Shown here: piece by piece, positions 52,437 through 64,000 of the stretch
Layout of the letters: each line of letters starts with the position of its first letter
Position numbering within the stretch: the first letter of the stretch is position 1
Program-made: the position numbers and the translations under genes
Source of the DNA: Tubulanus polymorphus
Lineage: Eukaryota > Animalia > Nemertea
Reading direction: 5' to 3'
Assembly (NCBI RefSeq): GCF_964204645.1
Contig: NC_134033.1
Coordinates: 1,570,131-1,634,130 of the forward strand
Length of the DNA: 64,000 nt
Notes under the pieces: model-generated
What the model saw: the letters and a program-made list of their open reading frames with translations, nothing else
Told to the model about the DNA's origin: nothing
Databases searched by the model: none

Positions 52437-53087
52437 AACCTCACGGGACCATTACAGATCTACCAGTTATAACCCGGTTAATTGTCCTTGACCGATAAGA
52501 GATTACATTTATAATTCCAGGCAAGCAGACGATCAAAACTAATTTGAATCAATGACATTTATAATTCCAGGCAAGCAGACGATCAAAACTAATTTGAATC
52601 AATGATTTAGAATAGAATTGCGATTTATGTTTCATAATGCACGACCAGCTTCCCAAGCCTATAGCTCGACTACTCTCAGGTGCTATATAAATGTCTTTGA
52701 CGATTGGACCGGTTACAAGTCCATTTTACAAGTAATTTCATTGTCCAGTTTTATGGAATAAATCAAAAGTTTGCTTTATCGGATAAATTGTTTTACATAG
52801 GACTCCTCTTAACTCAAAGCTGTTTTACCGGGTAAGTGGAATTATCATTTCTAACTTAAATACACATTTAGAACCATTCCAAAAAATAGAATATCATATC
52901 AATAAGGTCTTTCTAACAACTCAAACATTTAACACTGGTCAGAAATTGATTATTTGAGTTAAGAGGAATGTTAGGAGTCTAATATATCTGAAATTGCTGT
53001 AACGAGGGCCAATCTGTTTGATAGATAGGCTTAAACCCGACCTAACCTAAGTTTCCTATCCGAAAAACTGTTAGAAATTCTACTCAC

Positions 53088-53741
53088 CAATTCATGGATT
53101 ATTTCGATCAGTTATCTGTTTCTTCCTTATAGAAGATATAACATCCAAGTAGCTAGGCTACAACACTGAGCTCTGTTGGTCCAGGTTGGTTGAGTCCAGC
53201 ACGCAGACAGCAATCAGGTCCCGAGTAAGCGAGGAAAGTCTTAAGTCCACTTATGTATTCGTTGATTTAGTCCGCAGCAGGTATTGGCAGCAATCAGGTC
53301 CCGAGTAAGCGAGGAAGGCCTGAAGTCCACTGTGTAATTGTTAGTCAAGTCCAGCACGCATTGACAGCAATCGGGTCGTGAGGAAGTAGAGCTTCTCTGA
53401 AAAAAACGTAATGATCATCGTTATGATTTTTAATTCGACTCGATACATGTACATTGTAATCCCTCATTCCAGTATTAAAAACCTATAAATCTACTCACCA
53501 CCAATTCATTTCTATGTGGAGCACATCTTAGGTCTGGAGTCCACAGCATTGGTTTAGTCAGCTTTGCGGTATTGGCAGCAACCAGGTCCTCAATGAGGAA
53601 TGGCTGATCTGAAAAAAGAAAACAATTTCATATTCTACAAGTTTCAATTCTGACTGATGAATCAATATTCAAGTAAAGATGTCCCTTATAGCTTAATGAT
53701 TTACACAACAACTCACCTAACCGCACGTAAGGATTGGACAT
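53088..53741 (-). other. Small spliced transcription unit (possible 96-aa ORF or lncRNA)
   Basis: Exons 53741-53717 (ATG...|gtgagt), 53608-53499 and 53396-53088 have ttttttcag acceptors and gtgagt donors. The spliced ORF MSNPYVRLDQPFLIEDLVAANT...CCGLNQRIHKWT* ends at 53241. Confidence 0.45.
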
Positions 53742-54559
53742 ATATGCAAGTATTATAGTGAATTCAACGTATGTTAAGAATTAATCCTCAAAACTTCTTC
53801 AATTCAAATCGAACACGTATTACATGATTTCAAAGACCGAGGACAATAACAGGACACAATATGAACTGAGTTTGTCATAATGCGGTTCAATGGACACCGG
53901 CACCGCACTAGCTAGGTAATACCACAGAACTATAAGCGTTTGGTTCTATGATGATACCAAACAACTTCAAAACCTTAACGAATATACTTATTTGAAGTAT
54001 TCAAATGAAGTGGATATATCAGATATTCTACCAGTCCCCAATAAATGATATCATCACAAGAAAAAGTCTGAGAACAGTTTTCAATAGATTCAATTAAACC
54101 TTTATCACTGAAATCAAAAATAAGTCAAACCATTTCCAATAGACTATCAACTAAATGACTTATCACTCGTCCAAACTGATTCAAGTTGAGAGCAGTTTCA
54201 CTGTGGTAGAATGCAGAACATTTCAAAGAGAATTTCTGGGCAAATCAATTTCACGATGTAGCATTAAACCGTCAAACAATATTGAATTAAAGCTAACAGT
54301 TCGTAGCGATTATGATCTGATGATGATAAATCCAAGACAACATCAGTAGAATGCGAAATATTTACATTTTCGGATCGTTTTCAATATTGGGGCCGCGAAT
54401 GGTGCGTATCCCGGGACTACTTTACCCAACCAGGTTCTCAAACGAATCTCATAATCATCCAAAACTTTTTTCGAAATATATTCTACACCAAAAAAGTGGC
54501 AAAATAAGTATTGCGGTAACTCCGAGTTGAAATTAGTTTATTTTCCAAGACATAACTCA

Positions 54560-54767
54560 TAACTGTGGAACGGATCCAGTAACTGGTGAACTGGGTCAAA
54601 TAACTGTGGAACTGAGTCCAATAACTGTGGAACTGGCCCCAATAATAGTGGAACTGGTTCAAAAACCTGTGGAACTGGGTCCACTAACTGTGGAACTGGG
54701 TCCACTAACTGTGGAACTGGGTCCACTAACTGTGGAACTGGGTCCACTAACTGTGGAACTGGGTCCT
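54560..54767. repeat. 21-bp minisatellite (aactgtggaactgggtccact)
   Basis: About 10 copies. Confidence 0.9.
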
Positions 54768-55536
54768 GATGATGACTACGATTTTCTGATGCAATTACAA
54801 CATCGTGAAATTGTATTCAGGCTTCTAAGACATCGCGCACGGGCAAGTCGAGAGAGTAGAAATCCTACTCATTGTTCATCGTCAAGGAAGCGGAAATCGT
54901 AACGAGTTTCGATCCTTCGCCGAGTGAGGAAGGCAAACAACGTTTTAAATCGGTAAATAGTAATCAGCTAAGACAACACGGCCGTCGTCTGCGGGCTATT
55001 TATCACAATGAACAGTCCAGGTGATAAAACCTAAATGTTATTATGTACACAATAACGCGGGTTATTACCGTCCAATCAGTGAGTGTCGCTACACACAACC
55101 GAAAATAGGAAAACGAAATAAATTGTTGTGTCCGTTTGATAAGTAAATACTTCATTAATGTGACGACGGGTCAGGGGTCACTGCTTAGACTTAAAATCAC
55201 TCTAATACCATTTTTAGTTTTAGAACCAATCTAATATCTTACGACCAGTCTAAAGGCACGGTTCTATGGTTAATCTAAAACCTAAAAACTAGTCAAAGAC
55301 CATAAAGTTCTATAACCAATCGTATCATTTTAAGACCAGTTTAAGCTCACTTTGGTTCTATTACTTGTATGATATAAGATACTTATAGATGGTGTTTAGT
55401 ATAGGATGATAAGAAAATGCTCGGTTTCATTCCTATCTATTCTGTACAGGATGGGCATCAACTGATCATAACTGATTAATTACTATCTAATGTTTTGTTC
55501 TGTTACTTAAGAAAGGAAAGAAATTGTTTTTCTGTT

Positions 55537-56622
55537 CTATTTAGAATCACACAAATAATCTATCAGTAAAATGTGTTTAGCTTTTTTTCTAAAGGAGCCG
55601 TTTGTTGCGCAGTAAACGAAGAAATTTACGGATGAATCAAAAACACTGAGCAGAATTCCTACTTTACGCATGATCATTTGTTCAACGACAGTTAGACCGT
55701 GACGTAATCCAAACCCCTTTTTGAGGTTAACTAGCAGTCGGTCCAGCGATGCGGGAATTTCACAGATAAAAAATATAGCTACAATTATAAGAACCACTTT
55801 TAACATTTTGAGTTCGGTAGATTTTTCACCGGGCGCCGCTGCGTCCGCGTGAAATTGTTTCTTTCGATTTAGTTTTCTAAATATCATAATTCCGAACAAA
55901 GTTAGATTTATCACAATTAGAAGAATTACTGGTGCAAGAACAGTCATGAAAATATAGGAATTAGAAACGTCTCTCCCTGCACGCGAGGATGAATAAAAGA
56001 ATGGTGTTCGAATTCTTTTCGCACCAAAAACTCCCATTGTATGTAAATAAATAAAACAAGGTCGTGTGGGTCTTCCGGGTAAATATTGTGGAAAATAATA
56101 CGGCCAGAAACTAACTACGGAAGAAAATGCGTTTAAAACCGATAGAAAAATGATTTGTTTTCTGTTCCAGAATCGTCTGAAATACAGCGGACTCGCGACA
56201 ACCAGAAGTCTTTCAAAACTGATTATAACTACGGACCAATTTTTTGCCATTTGAAACGTGTGAAACAGTGGTCGAACCCAGATTATAATTTCGTGTCCAA
56301 AAAGCCAATCATCGTAACGCCCGAGAACTTTTAGATTCTGTTGATATTTGATAATTAGTATCCGAAGTGGATAAAGAAGAAACACTGAAAATACGAACAG
56401 TAAATCAAACCAGGCAAGAATGGTTATAGTTTGATAAGTGTCGCGACCGATCTTTCTGAATACTAGAATAGAAAATGAATTCAGAAACATTCCGAAAACT
56501 GTAGCCGGAAAATATCCGTACACGTAAATACTGTAACTGAAAACGTGATCCCATCTAACGGGTGGATACCGGCTGACGTGGCAGGGATCAAATTTAGTCG
56601 TTGAGATAGTGGTAGAATTCAT
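55537..56622 (-). CDS. Rhodopsin-like (class A) GPCR, FMRFamide-receptor-like/invertebrate peptide- or chemoreceptor-like, single coding exon, 361 aa
   Basis: Seven hydrophobic segments with TM1 GMFLN, TM2 LAWFD, TM3 SFERL..V..PL, TM6 FFICEIP and TM7 SSVNFFVYC...SFR. The N-terminus MNST carries a glycosylation sequon. The ATG at 56622 is preceded by a candidate acceptor (ttacag, exon start 56637). Confidence 0.92.
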   Translation of the reverse strand: MNSTTISTTKFDPCHVSRYPPVRWDHVFSYSIYVYGYFPATVFGMFLNSFSILVFRKIGRDTYQTITILAWFDLLFVFSVFLLYPLRILIIKYQQNLKVLGRYDDWLFGHEIIIWVRPLFHTFQMAKNWSVVIISFERLLVVASPLYFRRFWNRKQIIFLSVLNAFSSVVSFWPYYFPQYLPGRPTRPCFIYLHTMGVFGAKRIRTPFFYSSSRAGRDVSNSYIFMTVLAPVILLIVINLTLFGIMIFRKLNRKKQFHADAAAPGEKSTELKMLKVVLIIVAIFFICEIPASLDRLLVNLKKGFGLRHGLTVVEQMIMRKVGILLSVFDSSVNFFVYCATNGSFRKKAKHILLIDYLCDSK

Positions 56623-57155
56623 GTTGAAGCTCGTAACCTGTAATCTGCGACTCTGCACATAGTAACACACAGCTATCTCTCACTTACCCTGTTATCAAAG
56701 ACACCTCTCTCTCTCTACTTCCATAGGATTTAAATTACGATATACATATGCACTGTGCTGGAAAATTCAGATTTTACAAAGATGAATCTCTTTATGTCAT
56801 ATATAAAGTCAAGTGAACTCTACGACTGTCACGATACCAGACACTTTTAGAACTCTGAGGAGATTAAACTTACTACAAGTCACTTTACAGTCTCATTGAG
56901 AACATATTGTATCATCGATCAAGAAATAAGATTTTACAAATCAGGTGTATTTAACGTAACTGGGCCCAGAGTCAAATTTAACCCCAACAACTGTGGAACT
57001 GGATACAGGTCAAATTGTGATTCACGCAACCGTGGAAACGCAAAGTTTTGATTTATTTATAAAATGTGCGATGCGTTCAGAAAAAACATGAACATTATAG
57101 ACTTATGTTCAAATTTTCGTTATTTTAGATCAATTAACGGATAAATATTTTCATT

Positions 57156-57285
57156 GGGCCCAGTTTCACAAAAAAGTTAACTCAAATTTTTGGTGTAATT
57201 GCTATTGGTTACTTCATGTTTTCAATGAGGACAACAATTCAAACTTAACCGTTTTAGGCTTAAACCTTTTCGTGAAACTGGGCCT
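57156..57285. mobile_element. MITE, GGGCCCAGTTTCAC TIR family
   Basis: gggcccagtttcacaaaaaagtt...aaccttttcgtgaaactgggcct. Confidence 0.7.
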
Positions 57286-59381
57286 TGGTCGAATATGAAT
57301 ATCTGGACGTCTGTCCACCTCCCATTCCGACTGAAAATTACAAATCGAATACTAATAATAACTGAACTAAGATATTATATTAAGATATAATAGCTGAACG
57401 AAGATATTATGGAATTAAGGCTGAGCTAAGACAAGGAAACATATTCCTTGATTTATCATATTATCATTACTTGCCATCAAAGAAGGCCAACGGAAATGGA
57501 AAAATGCAGTTTCTTTTACTGATTCCAACTTAACGAAGACTTTTCTGATAAATTGTCAATACAGAATGTTTTAGTTCAGCGTTGGACCTATATCAAGCAT
57601 TGTACTACCTAGCTAAGCCTGACTGAAGTCCTTTCGAACAAGTTGAAATAAACATTGGATAATCTATATGTTTTTAAGAAAATGATCTTTTCACCGATCC
57701 GAACTTCGTAAAAATAAAACATTTTGTCGATTCGTCGATACTGTTTAAAACAGATTAAAAACCGATTTTGGAGTTCAGCCGCCCCGATCTGTGCTGCTCA
57801 TTTTAATGCCTATATCTGGTATCAGAACTGACTGAGTATCGGCGTATGACGTCATTTGCAAACAAGTTGAAATAGATAGATATAAGCTCTCTTGACGAAG
57901 AGATAAATTTCGATTTGTGCTGAAACCGACTGAATTATGGCACTAAAACATCCGAACGAGTTGATTCTGAGTTCACGTCAAATCGTCTGCCGTCGATTTA
58001 TAAAACGCGCTAATTGCGAGCACGAAACGTCGGCGACGCTGTTTCCCCCGGGCTGCGTACACATTTAACATATCAAATTATCTCCCGAGAAGATTGCGCG
58101 AATAATCAGTTTAAAAACGAGCAGTCCATATCGTCGCCGTCAAAATATCTCGACTCTTGTGATTGATTAGATCGGGAATTGCCGAAACAAAATGGCCGCC
58201 GAACGCGTGGTGTTGAAGGTCGTACACGCCGTACCGCACAACAACAACAACAGCATCGTAAAACAGAAACGAAATTAACGACGATCAATCATTTTTAGCA
58301 GTAAATTAATTACGGTTTCTTAATTGGATCAATATTTTTATCGTAATATTAAATGAAGCAGAACTCTGGAAGACAATACCGCGTCGTGTCTCGATCGTGC
58401 ATGGCGCCACGTGTTTCATATCATATCAATTAAAAAACGATTTGTTTTCGAGCATAATTTTTTGATAGGTTTTTTATTCAGATTTCTCGGATTTTTTTTA
58501 AATTCGAGCATTTAAACGACCCGTTTCCACAGCATTAGTTCGGTTTTATTCGGTGAGTTGAAATTGGTTCATTTTCAATGTTTTTATTTTTTTTATTTTG
58601 AAAAATAAGAATTATTCGTTTGATTGATTTGATCAGCGAGGTGACACTCCCACCGTCCTGGGCCCTGTTTCACAAAAAGGTTTAACTCCCAACTCCCTGA
58701 TTTGATATGAAATAATTCAATGCTTTTTTGTGCCCTAACAAATCATACACAGATGTCGTGAAAGAAACATAGGATTTGATTTTGAAATCAGAAATCGATG
58801 CAGTAGGTCTTTTTTGTTAAATCGAATTACATAATTCTAGTTCTGGTTCTGGTTTGATTGTTTAAGCCTAGAAACAACTTCTTATTCGATAACTGTGGAA
58901 CTGGATCCAAGTGTCCTGAAGACTTTAAAGAAATAAATCTAATGAAAACTCAAATACTTGACAAAGGATATTTTGTTAGCTTCTAACGAATTTCGAATTG
59001 ATTCTATATTTTTTTCTATATCCTTTTTTGCGGCAATAGCTTATTTGGGGTTGGGTGATTCTTGGTGCTCCGGGTCGCAGGATAAATAGAACAGCGTTTC
59101 GGGCGCGTCTGCCAGCCACGGATCAGAACCTTCGATGCACCGACATTTCATACCGTGGTCTGTTGTGTAGGTTTCGTACGGCTCCAAGAATTCATTTTTG
59201 AATCCTCGACATCCTTAAAAAGACATTCAGGAAAATCCATTAAAAAATTCGATCACGATCAATTTGTTCATCATAAAATTAGCAACAGGACTCCATAATC
59301 GTCTGTGGCAATAGAGGATTCCACTTGTGGCAGGTGAGGATACACCAGGTGTCGCTAGTGTACATTGGGCATCGATCCAAC

Positions 59382-61601
59382 TTAAGAAATACCTGATAGC
59401 AGAGAAAAGGTCTTAATGATTATAGGTTTTTGTAATTAATTGTAGAAACTCTTTTTACCCCACTACTGTGACAATAATACAGGATTCCTCGTGTGGCAAG
59501 TGAGTATCCACTAGGTGTCACTAGTGTGCAATGGCAAGTTAAGAAATGCGAAAGTAGAGGACTTTCCGCTTTTTCCGAGCATTTTTGCCTACCTACAAGT
59601 TTACATCGCGCGAATGCGGAAAACTCTACCCCTTTCAGACGGAAAATCGGAAACCAGTAATCTTGCTGTTTATCGCGGGTACACGTGCACTTAGACAAGG
59701 CGCCATCTTTATCCGAGATTCTCTGCCACGAGCTGCCAATGTCGTGTTCGGTTCCATCTTTTTCTTTACATTCTTGAAATTCAGACAACAAAAGAAATTT
59801 AGAAAATGAGATGACGCCTATCAATGAATAACAAAAAAAGAACAAATTCCAATAAGAATATATCGAATGATTCGAACCGGGTACTTTTTACGGTAAACGC
59901 TGGGATTCGAACCCAGCGCGTCGTCGCGTTAACTTCCGTTAGAAGAAACGACTGTTCACACAATTTTCACAGAATCGATAAAAGATGATAATGATTTAAT
60001 TCCGACCGGAGCTCGGCTAAAACAGTTCAGAAGCGACGTTGCCGTAACCGTAATTTATGTTAATTAATGTTAAAATATTCTAATTTATGTACGATTTGTT
60101 ACCTTTGGGGCAATTGATAGCGGTGTAACAGCTCTGGTGAACTTGGTGCTTTTCTATATCGCATTCCGCGTAGGATTCGAGGACCTGGCGTTCCGCGGCA
60201 TATCCAGTCGGGCATCCTCCACTGGACGGTTTTTCTTCGCTGAACAAAAATATAAGAAAAAAATGAGCACCTTCATTTAATGAACCTCAATAACGTTACA
60301 GCTGTATAATAACCAATGATTTCATTTCTACGTGAGCTCTATTTCTGATTAAAAACAATCCACAATATACACAGATTACGCCATTGGGGGAATAATATTT
60401 AGAAAAAAACTATGAGAATTTTAACTGAACTGAAACTGAATTAAAAACAAGAAAAATGAATCAATGATCAATGATTAAAATTGAGGAAATTTGCCTTAGA
60501 ATTGTGTTCATCAAAGGAAAAATGTTCAAAAAAGTGATTCTTTAAGTCTTCATGATCGATGAGCTTTGTCTTGGATTATGAAGTGCTTGTCAGTTTAGAA
60601 GGAATAATTCTAACAATGCAAGCTGTTACTATTTGATTTTTAAATCTCTATTCAGCTGTTAAGATTTGAAAACATTGATTTTTGAGTGAAACAATGGATC
60701 GGGCAACATGTGGTCAAAGTGGAATGCGAAATCTGCAAAGGGCTTAACATGTGTGTTAGGAAATACATGCGGATATAAATTGAATGCCAAAAACATGATA
60801 GAAAAAAAAAACTAGCGAGAAAAAATACAGGCTAGGCACCGCCCGGATTTGAACCGGGGATCTCCTGTTTACTAGACAGGCGCTTTAACCGCTAAGCCAC
60901 GGCGCCGGTTGTGATCAACCGTTGGACAGATGGTGTTACCAACGACCGTCGATTAGCGCCTATAGCACGCGCAGAATTCTAAACCGTAATATTCATATTG
61001 GGTTATGCTAAACATATTCTGATTGATGTATATTACTGACAAATTTAATAAGCTATACGAAATATAAACATAGACAATGATCCTAAACTCTCAAAATTCT
61101 GATATAGGAATGATTACTAGGCAACCAACAAGCTGGAACCATTATCAGTCGCTTGCTGATCAAACTGGATGGGCGACTTTTGAATAAACTGGTACCGGAT
61201 ATTTTTCATATATCTACTTCTGAAAATCTGACCGCTCATTCGACTATGTAATTTGATTTCTGATTTTAAACCCTGTTTTATTCGCAATGGGTGGGTTTGT
61301 TTGGGACACCCAATCAATCATCTAAGGAATTAAAAAAATCAAATCAATCCCATTTTCAATCAAGAGTCTGAAAAAAATTCTACACATGTATAGGCCTATT
61401 ATCGAACAATTTGAACCATTAATGAAACGAATTTTACGAATTATCTACAAAACAAACTTACTGAATTATCTCATCGCCAGGCGGCGCTTTCTTTGAGTGT
61501 TCCTCTCCCGGCGGACAATGCTCCGAGCAGACTGAGGGGTTTGTCACCCCCAGTACAAACAGCGCGACGATCGAAGCGGTCGAAATTACTGAAACAGACA
61601 T
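59382..61601 (-). CDS. Secreted cysteine-rich protein (~155 aa, 4 coding exons) with a VWC/FnI-like C-terminal module
   Basis: Exons 61601-61462 (MSVSVISTASIVALFVLGVTNPSVCSEHCPP..., signal-peptide-like, phase 2), 60239-60103 (HEEKPSSGGCPTG...CYTAINCPK, phase 1), 59772-59593 (ECKEKDGTEHDIGSSWQR...KCTCTR...ARCKLV, phase 1) and 59392-59382 (GIS*). Splice sites are canonical and the frame is continuous. The last exon is the least certain. Confidence 0.78.
60820..60825 (-). terminator. RNA polymerase III oligo-T terminator of tRNA-Thr
   Basis: T6 run 8 nt downstream of the tRNA on the minus strand. Confidence 0.65.
60834..60906 (-). tRNA. tRNA-Thr(AGT)
   Basis: ggcgccgtggcttagcggttaaagcgcctgtctAGTaaacaggagatccccggttcaaatccgggcggtgcct forms a full cloverleaf with A and B boxes. 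Confidence 0.95.
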
Positions 61602-62854
61602 CTTCTGGTGAAGTAATGAGTAACACACCTTGTTTCCATGGCTCTTATAGCCAAACCGATTAGATTATGGTGCCACATGGCCCGAGCCCACATCGTTTCT
61701 TTCATATTAAGATTTCAGTTTAATCTATCATCATTTTCGTTTGGAAACCACCTTGTTGTCGTGACGCGAGAAAAAAAATCAAACTAATCGATTACCTCAT
61801 TAATTCTCATCTAGAAAATCTATATACAGTAGAAATTTAGTATCTGCCGCGTACATGCTTTCAAATAGGTTATCGGATATAGCTGCCTCGCTACCATATT
61901 TATCATTTCTGTTATAAAACTACCTCATAGTTATGATGTCATACTAATTTGAACCGTCGTTTTAATTCCCTTCTAGAAAACAAAGCATTTTCCATTCTGA
62001 CATTCTGACATTCATTTTCAAATAGATAACCCGATATAGCTGCCTTGCAGCTATGTCAGTTTTTTTCTGTTCTAAAACTACCTTGTATGCATCATTAAAG
62101 TCAGTTCAAGAGAATAAAACATTTGTTATAGATGTTAATCCGATATAGCCGCCTCTAAACCTTAGATAATATAGATCTATACTTTCCGGAAATTCAAAAG
62201 GTACTCCTCTCAGGAGAGTTGAGTCAATTATTTGATCCTAGCTCTTGGGAAGAATATCACGCCGAGTACAGTCAACCCCCGATATACCGCCCACATTGGT
62301 GCAGAATGATTTTGGTAGTATAGAGAGTATGGCGGTATATCTGGGGTGTTTTACTATGTATTTGTATAGATATGTGCATTGAGAAAACCTGGCGGTAGGA
62401 GGGGGTGTTGGTATATGGGAGGGCGGTATATCTGGGTTGACTGCATTTAATTTAAAGAAATCAATGCCCCAGAGTAGCACCCTGGAACTATTGACCGGTG
62501 GTCATCAGCAGTGGTCAGCTGTTGACCACCGAAAGCTGTCCACTTATAAACATTTGAAGATACTCGTAAACATTTGAAGACTCGTGGTATATGTTGAAGA
62601 TACTTCAGAACGGGAACCGTCGCGTAAACAGTATTTAAACAACATCTGACCTGAAGAGACTGAACAGACGGTCATTCAGTATATATAGTCGTTACTGCGA
62701 GCTATCCACAATGATTTGACGGGTTAACAGGAAGCGGATTAAACGATTAGAAGGTTCAAGACTCAATCAGCAAGGTTAGTAGACTACAAGAGATTTATAT
62801 TTTGAAATTCAGGGCTGATTTCTGAATACGAACCCGGATCTTAAATGAATGTTT

Positions 62855-63205
62855 ACTTAGTTTTGGAAATGACTCATAGAATTGAGTCTAAACGTCACTT
62901 ATCTCTTAGTTTTGAGTTTTGAAAATGGCTCATTGAATTGAGTCTAAACGTCAATACTCTCTTAGTTTTTTAAAATGGCTCATAGAATTGAATCTAAACG
63001 TCAATACTCTCTTAGTTTTTGAAAATGTCTCATAGAATTGAGTCTAAACGTCAATACTCTCTTAGTTTTTGAAAATGTCTCATAGAATTGAGTCTAAACG
63101 TCACTACTCTCTTAGTTTTGAAAATGGCTCATAGAATTGAGTCTAAACGTCACTACTCTCTTAGTTTTGAAAATGGCTCATAGAATTGAGTCTAAACGTC
63201 AATAT
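62855..63205. repeat. 50-51-bp minisatellite
   Basis: About 6.5 copies of tttgaaaatggctcatagaattgagtctaaacgtcamtactctcttagtt. Confidence 0.9.
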
Positions 63206-63231
63206 CATCTGATTCTAGTGGTCTTCGTGGT

Positions 63232-63278
63232 GTACATACATACATACATACATACATACATACATACATACATACATA
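63232..63278. repeat. (TACA)n microsatellite
   Basis: Direct observation. Confidence 0.95.
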
Positions 63279-64000
63279 CTTCAATCTTCGCGTATTCTTA
63301 TTTTTTAGAATGAAACTTTATCTGTTATCGGTAGCTCTAATGCTGATACTTACTGAACCCATCCGTGGAGCCCTCTTCAACCATAACCCGTTCACAGATT
63401 TCAACAGGTAAAGTATAGACTCGGGCATCGATATATCTATCGCGATCCAGTTCGTTTGCTAAGCTTTATGTCGTTTGGATGTTGGTTTCCCAAGACTATA
63501 TATAACCCTATTGGAATGTTCATTTAACCTGACGACGGGATATATTGACACACTCTAAAGCAGTCTATGAAACAGCGAGCACTACGCCTTATGTCACCTG
63601 AGGTAACGAAGCCGCCGCCAGTAACAATATGTATAAAATCGACTCATTAAAACCCAACGCTGAATTTCTTCTCAAACTCAATTAAGATCGAACCGTAATT
63701 TCTCAAGTTCTATGCAAATTGTGCAAAACTAAATCTGTTGTGGTGATTTGCCTGATTTTCAGATTGTAAGACCAATAACTGAGACCATAGCTAATTGATA
63801 TTATCAATGATTTTGATCGGGTTCGCCTGATACGTATTTAAGTGGCGCCATCTGACGGGATAGCTCGCGTAGGCCGGTACTCCTTTCAGTTCACAATTAT
63901 GATTAAATGAAGGGGTTAATATGATCTTGTCGGTAATATTCGAGCCCTTTGACACGTTTCAACATTGGAGGTAGCCAACATCATTACGAGTCACGTCCTT

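Noticed and set aside
52630-52730. Twister-ribozyme-like words (taatgc, tcccaagc, ccggttacaag) and HDV-like ttcctcgc at ~53.2-53.3 kb
   Set aside because: I could not build the required stems or pseudoknots.
62646-62695. CTGAAGA followed by gactgaa/ttcagt stem (possible hammerhead)
   Set aside because: The required GAAA core after stem II is absent.

Overview
AT-rich eukaryotic genomic DNA from a metazoan invertebrate. The GPCR type is compatible with a lophotrochozoan, but that is inference only. The main feature is a + strand gene (476-11329, 5' end probably upstream of the window) that the ORF track misses. It has 14 consecutive symmetric phase-0 micro-exons (27-54 nt) plus four further exons, and splices into a stop-free ~450-aa low-complexity protein with basic, NLS-like and RRSPRL motifs. 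A scrambled, inverted partial paralog lies at ~15.3-17.6 kb. The middle of the window is dominated by repeats: a 160-bp satellite, a 3.5-kb ~40-bp satellite, a 28-bp minisatellite, a ~2-kb unit repeated 4 times with internal GT-AG introns and three copy-number-variable minisatellites, and a ~3.3-kb unit repeated about 3 times. The right end has an intronless rhodopsin-class GPCR, a 4-exon secreted Cys-rich protein, a tRNA-Thr(AGT), tRNA-derived SINE-like sequences and small spliced units that are probably non-coding. All gene models were assembled by eye from splice signals and frame continuity. No database searches were run.
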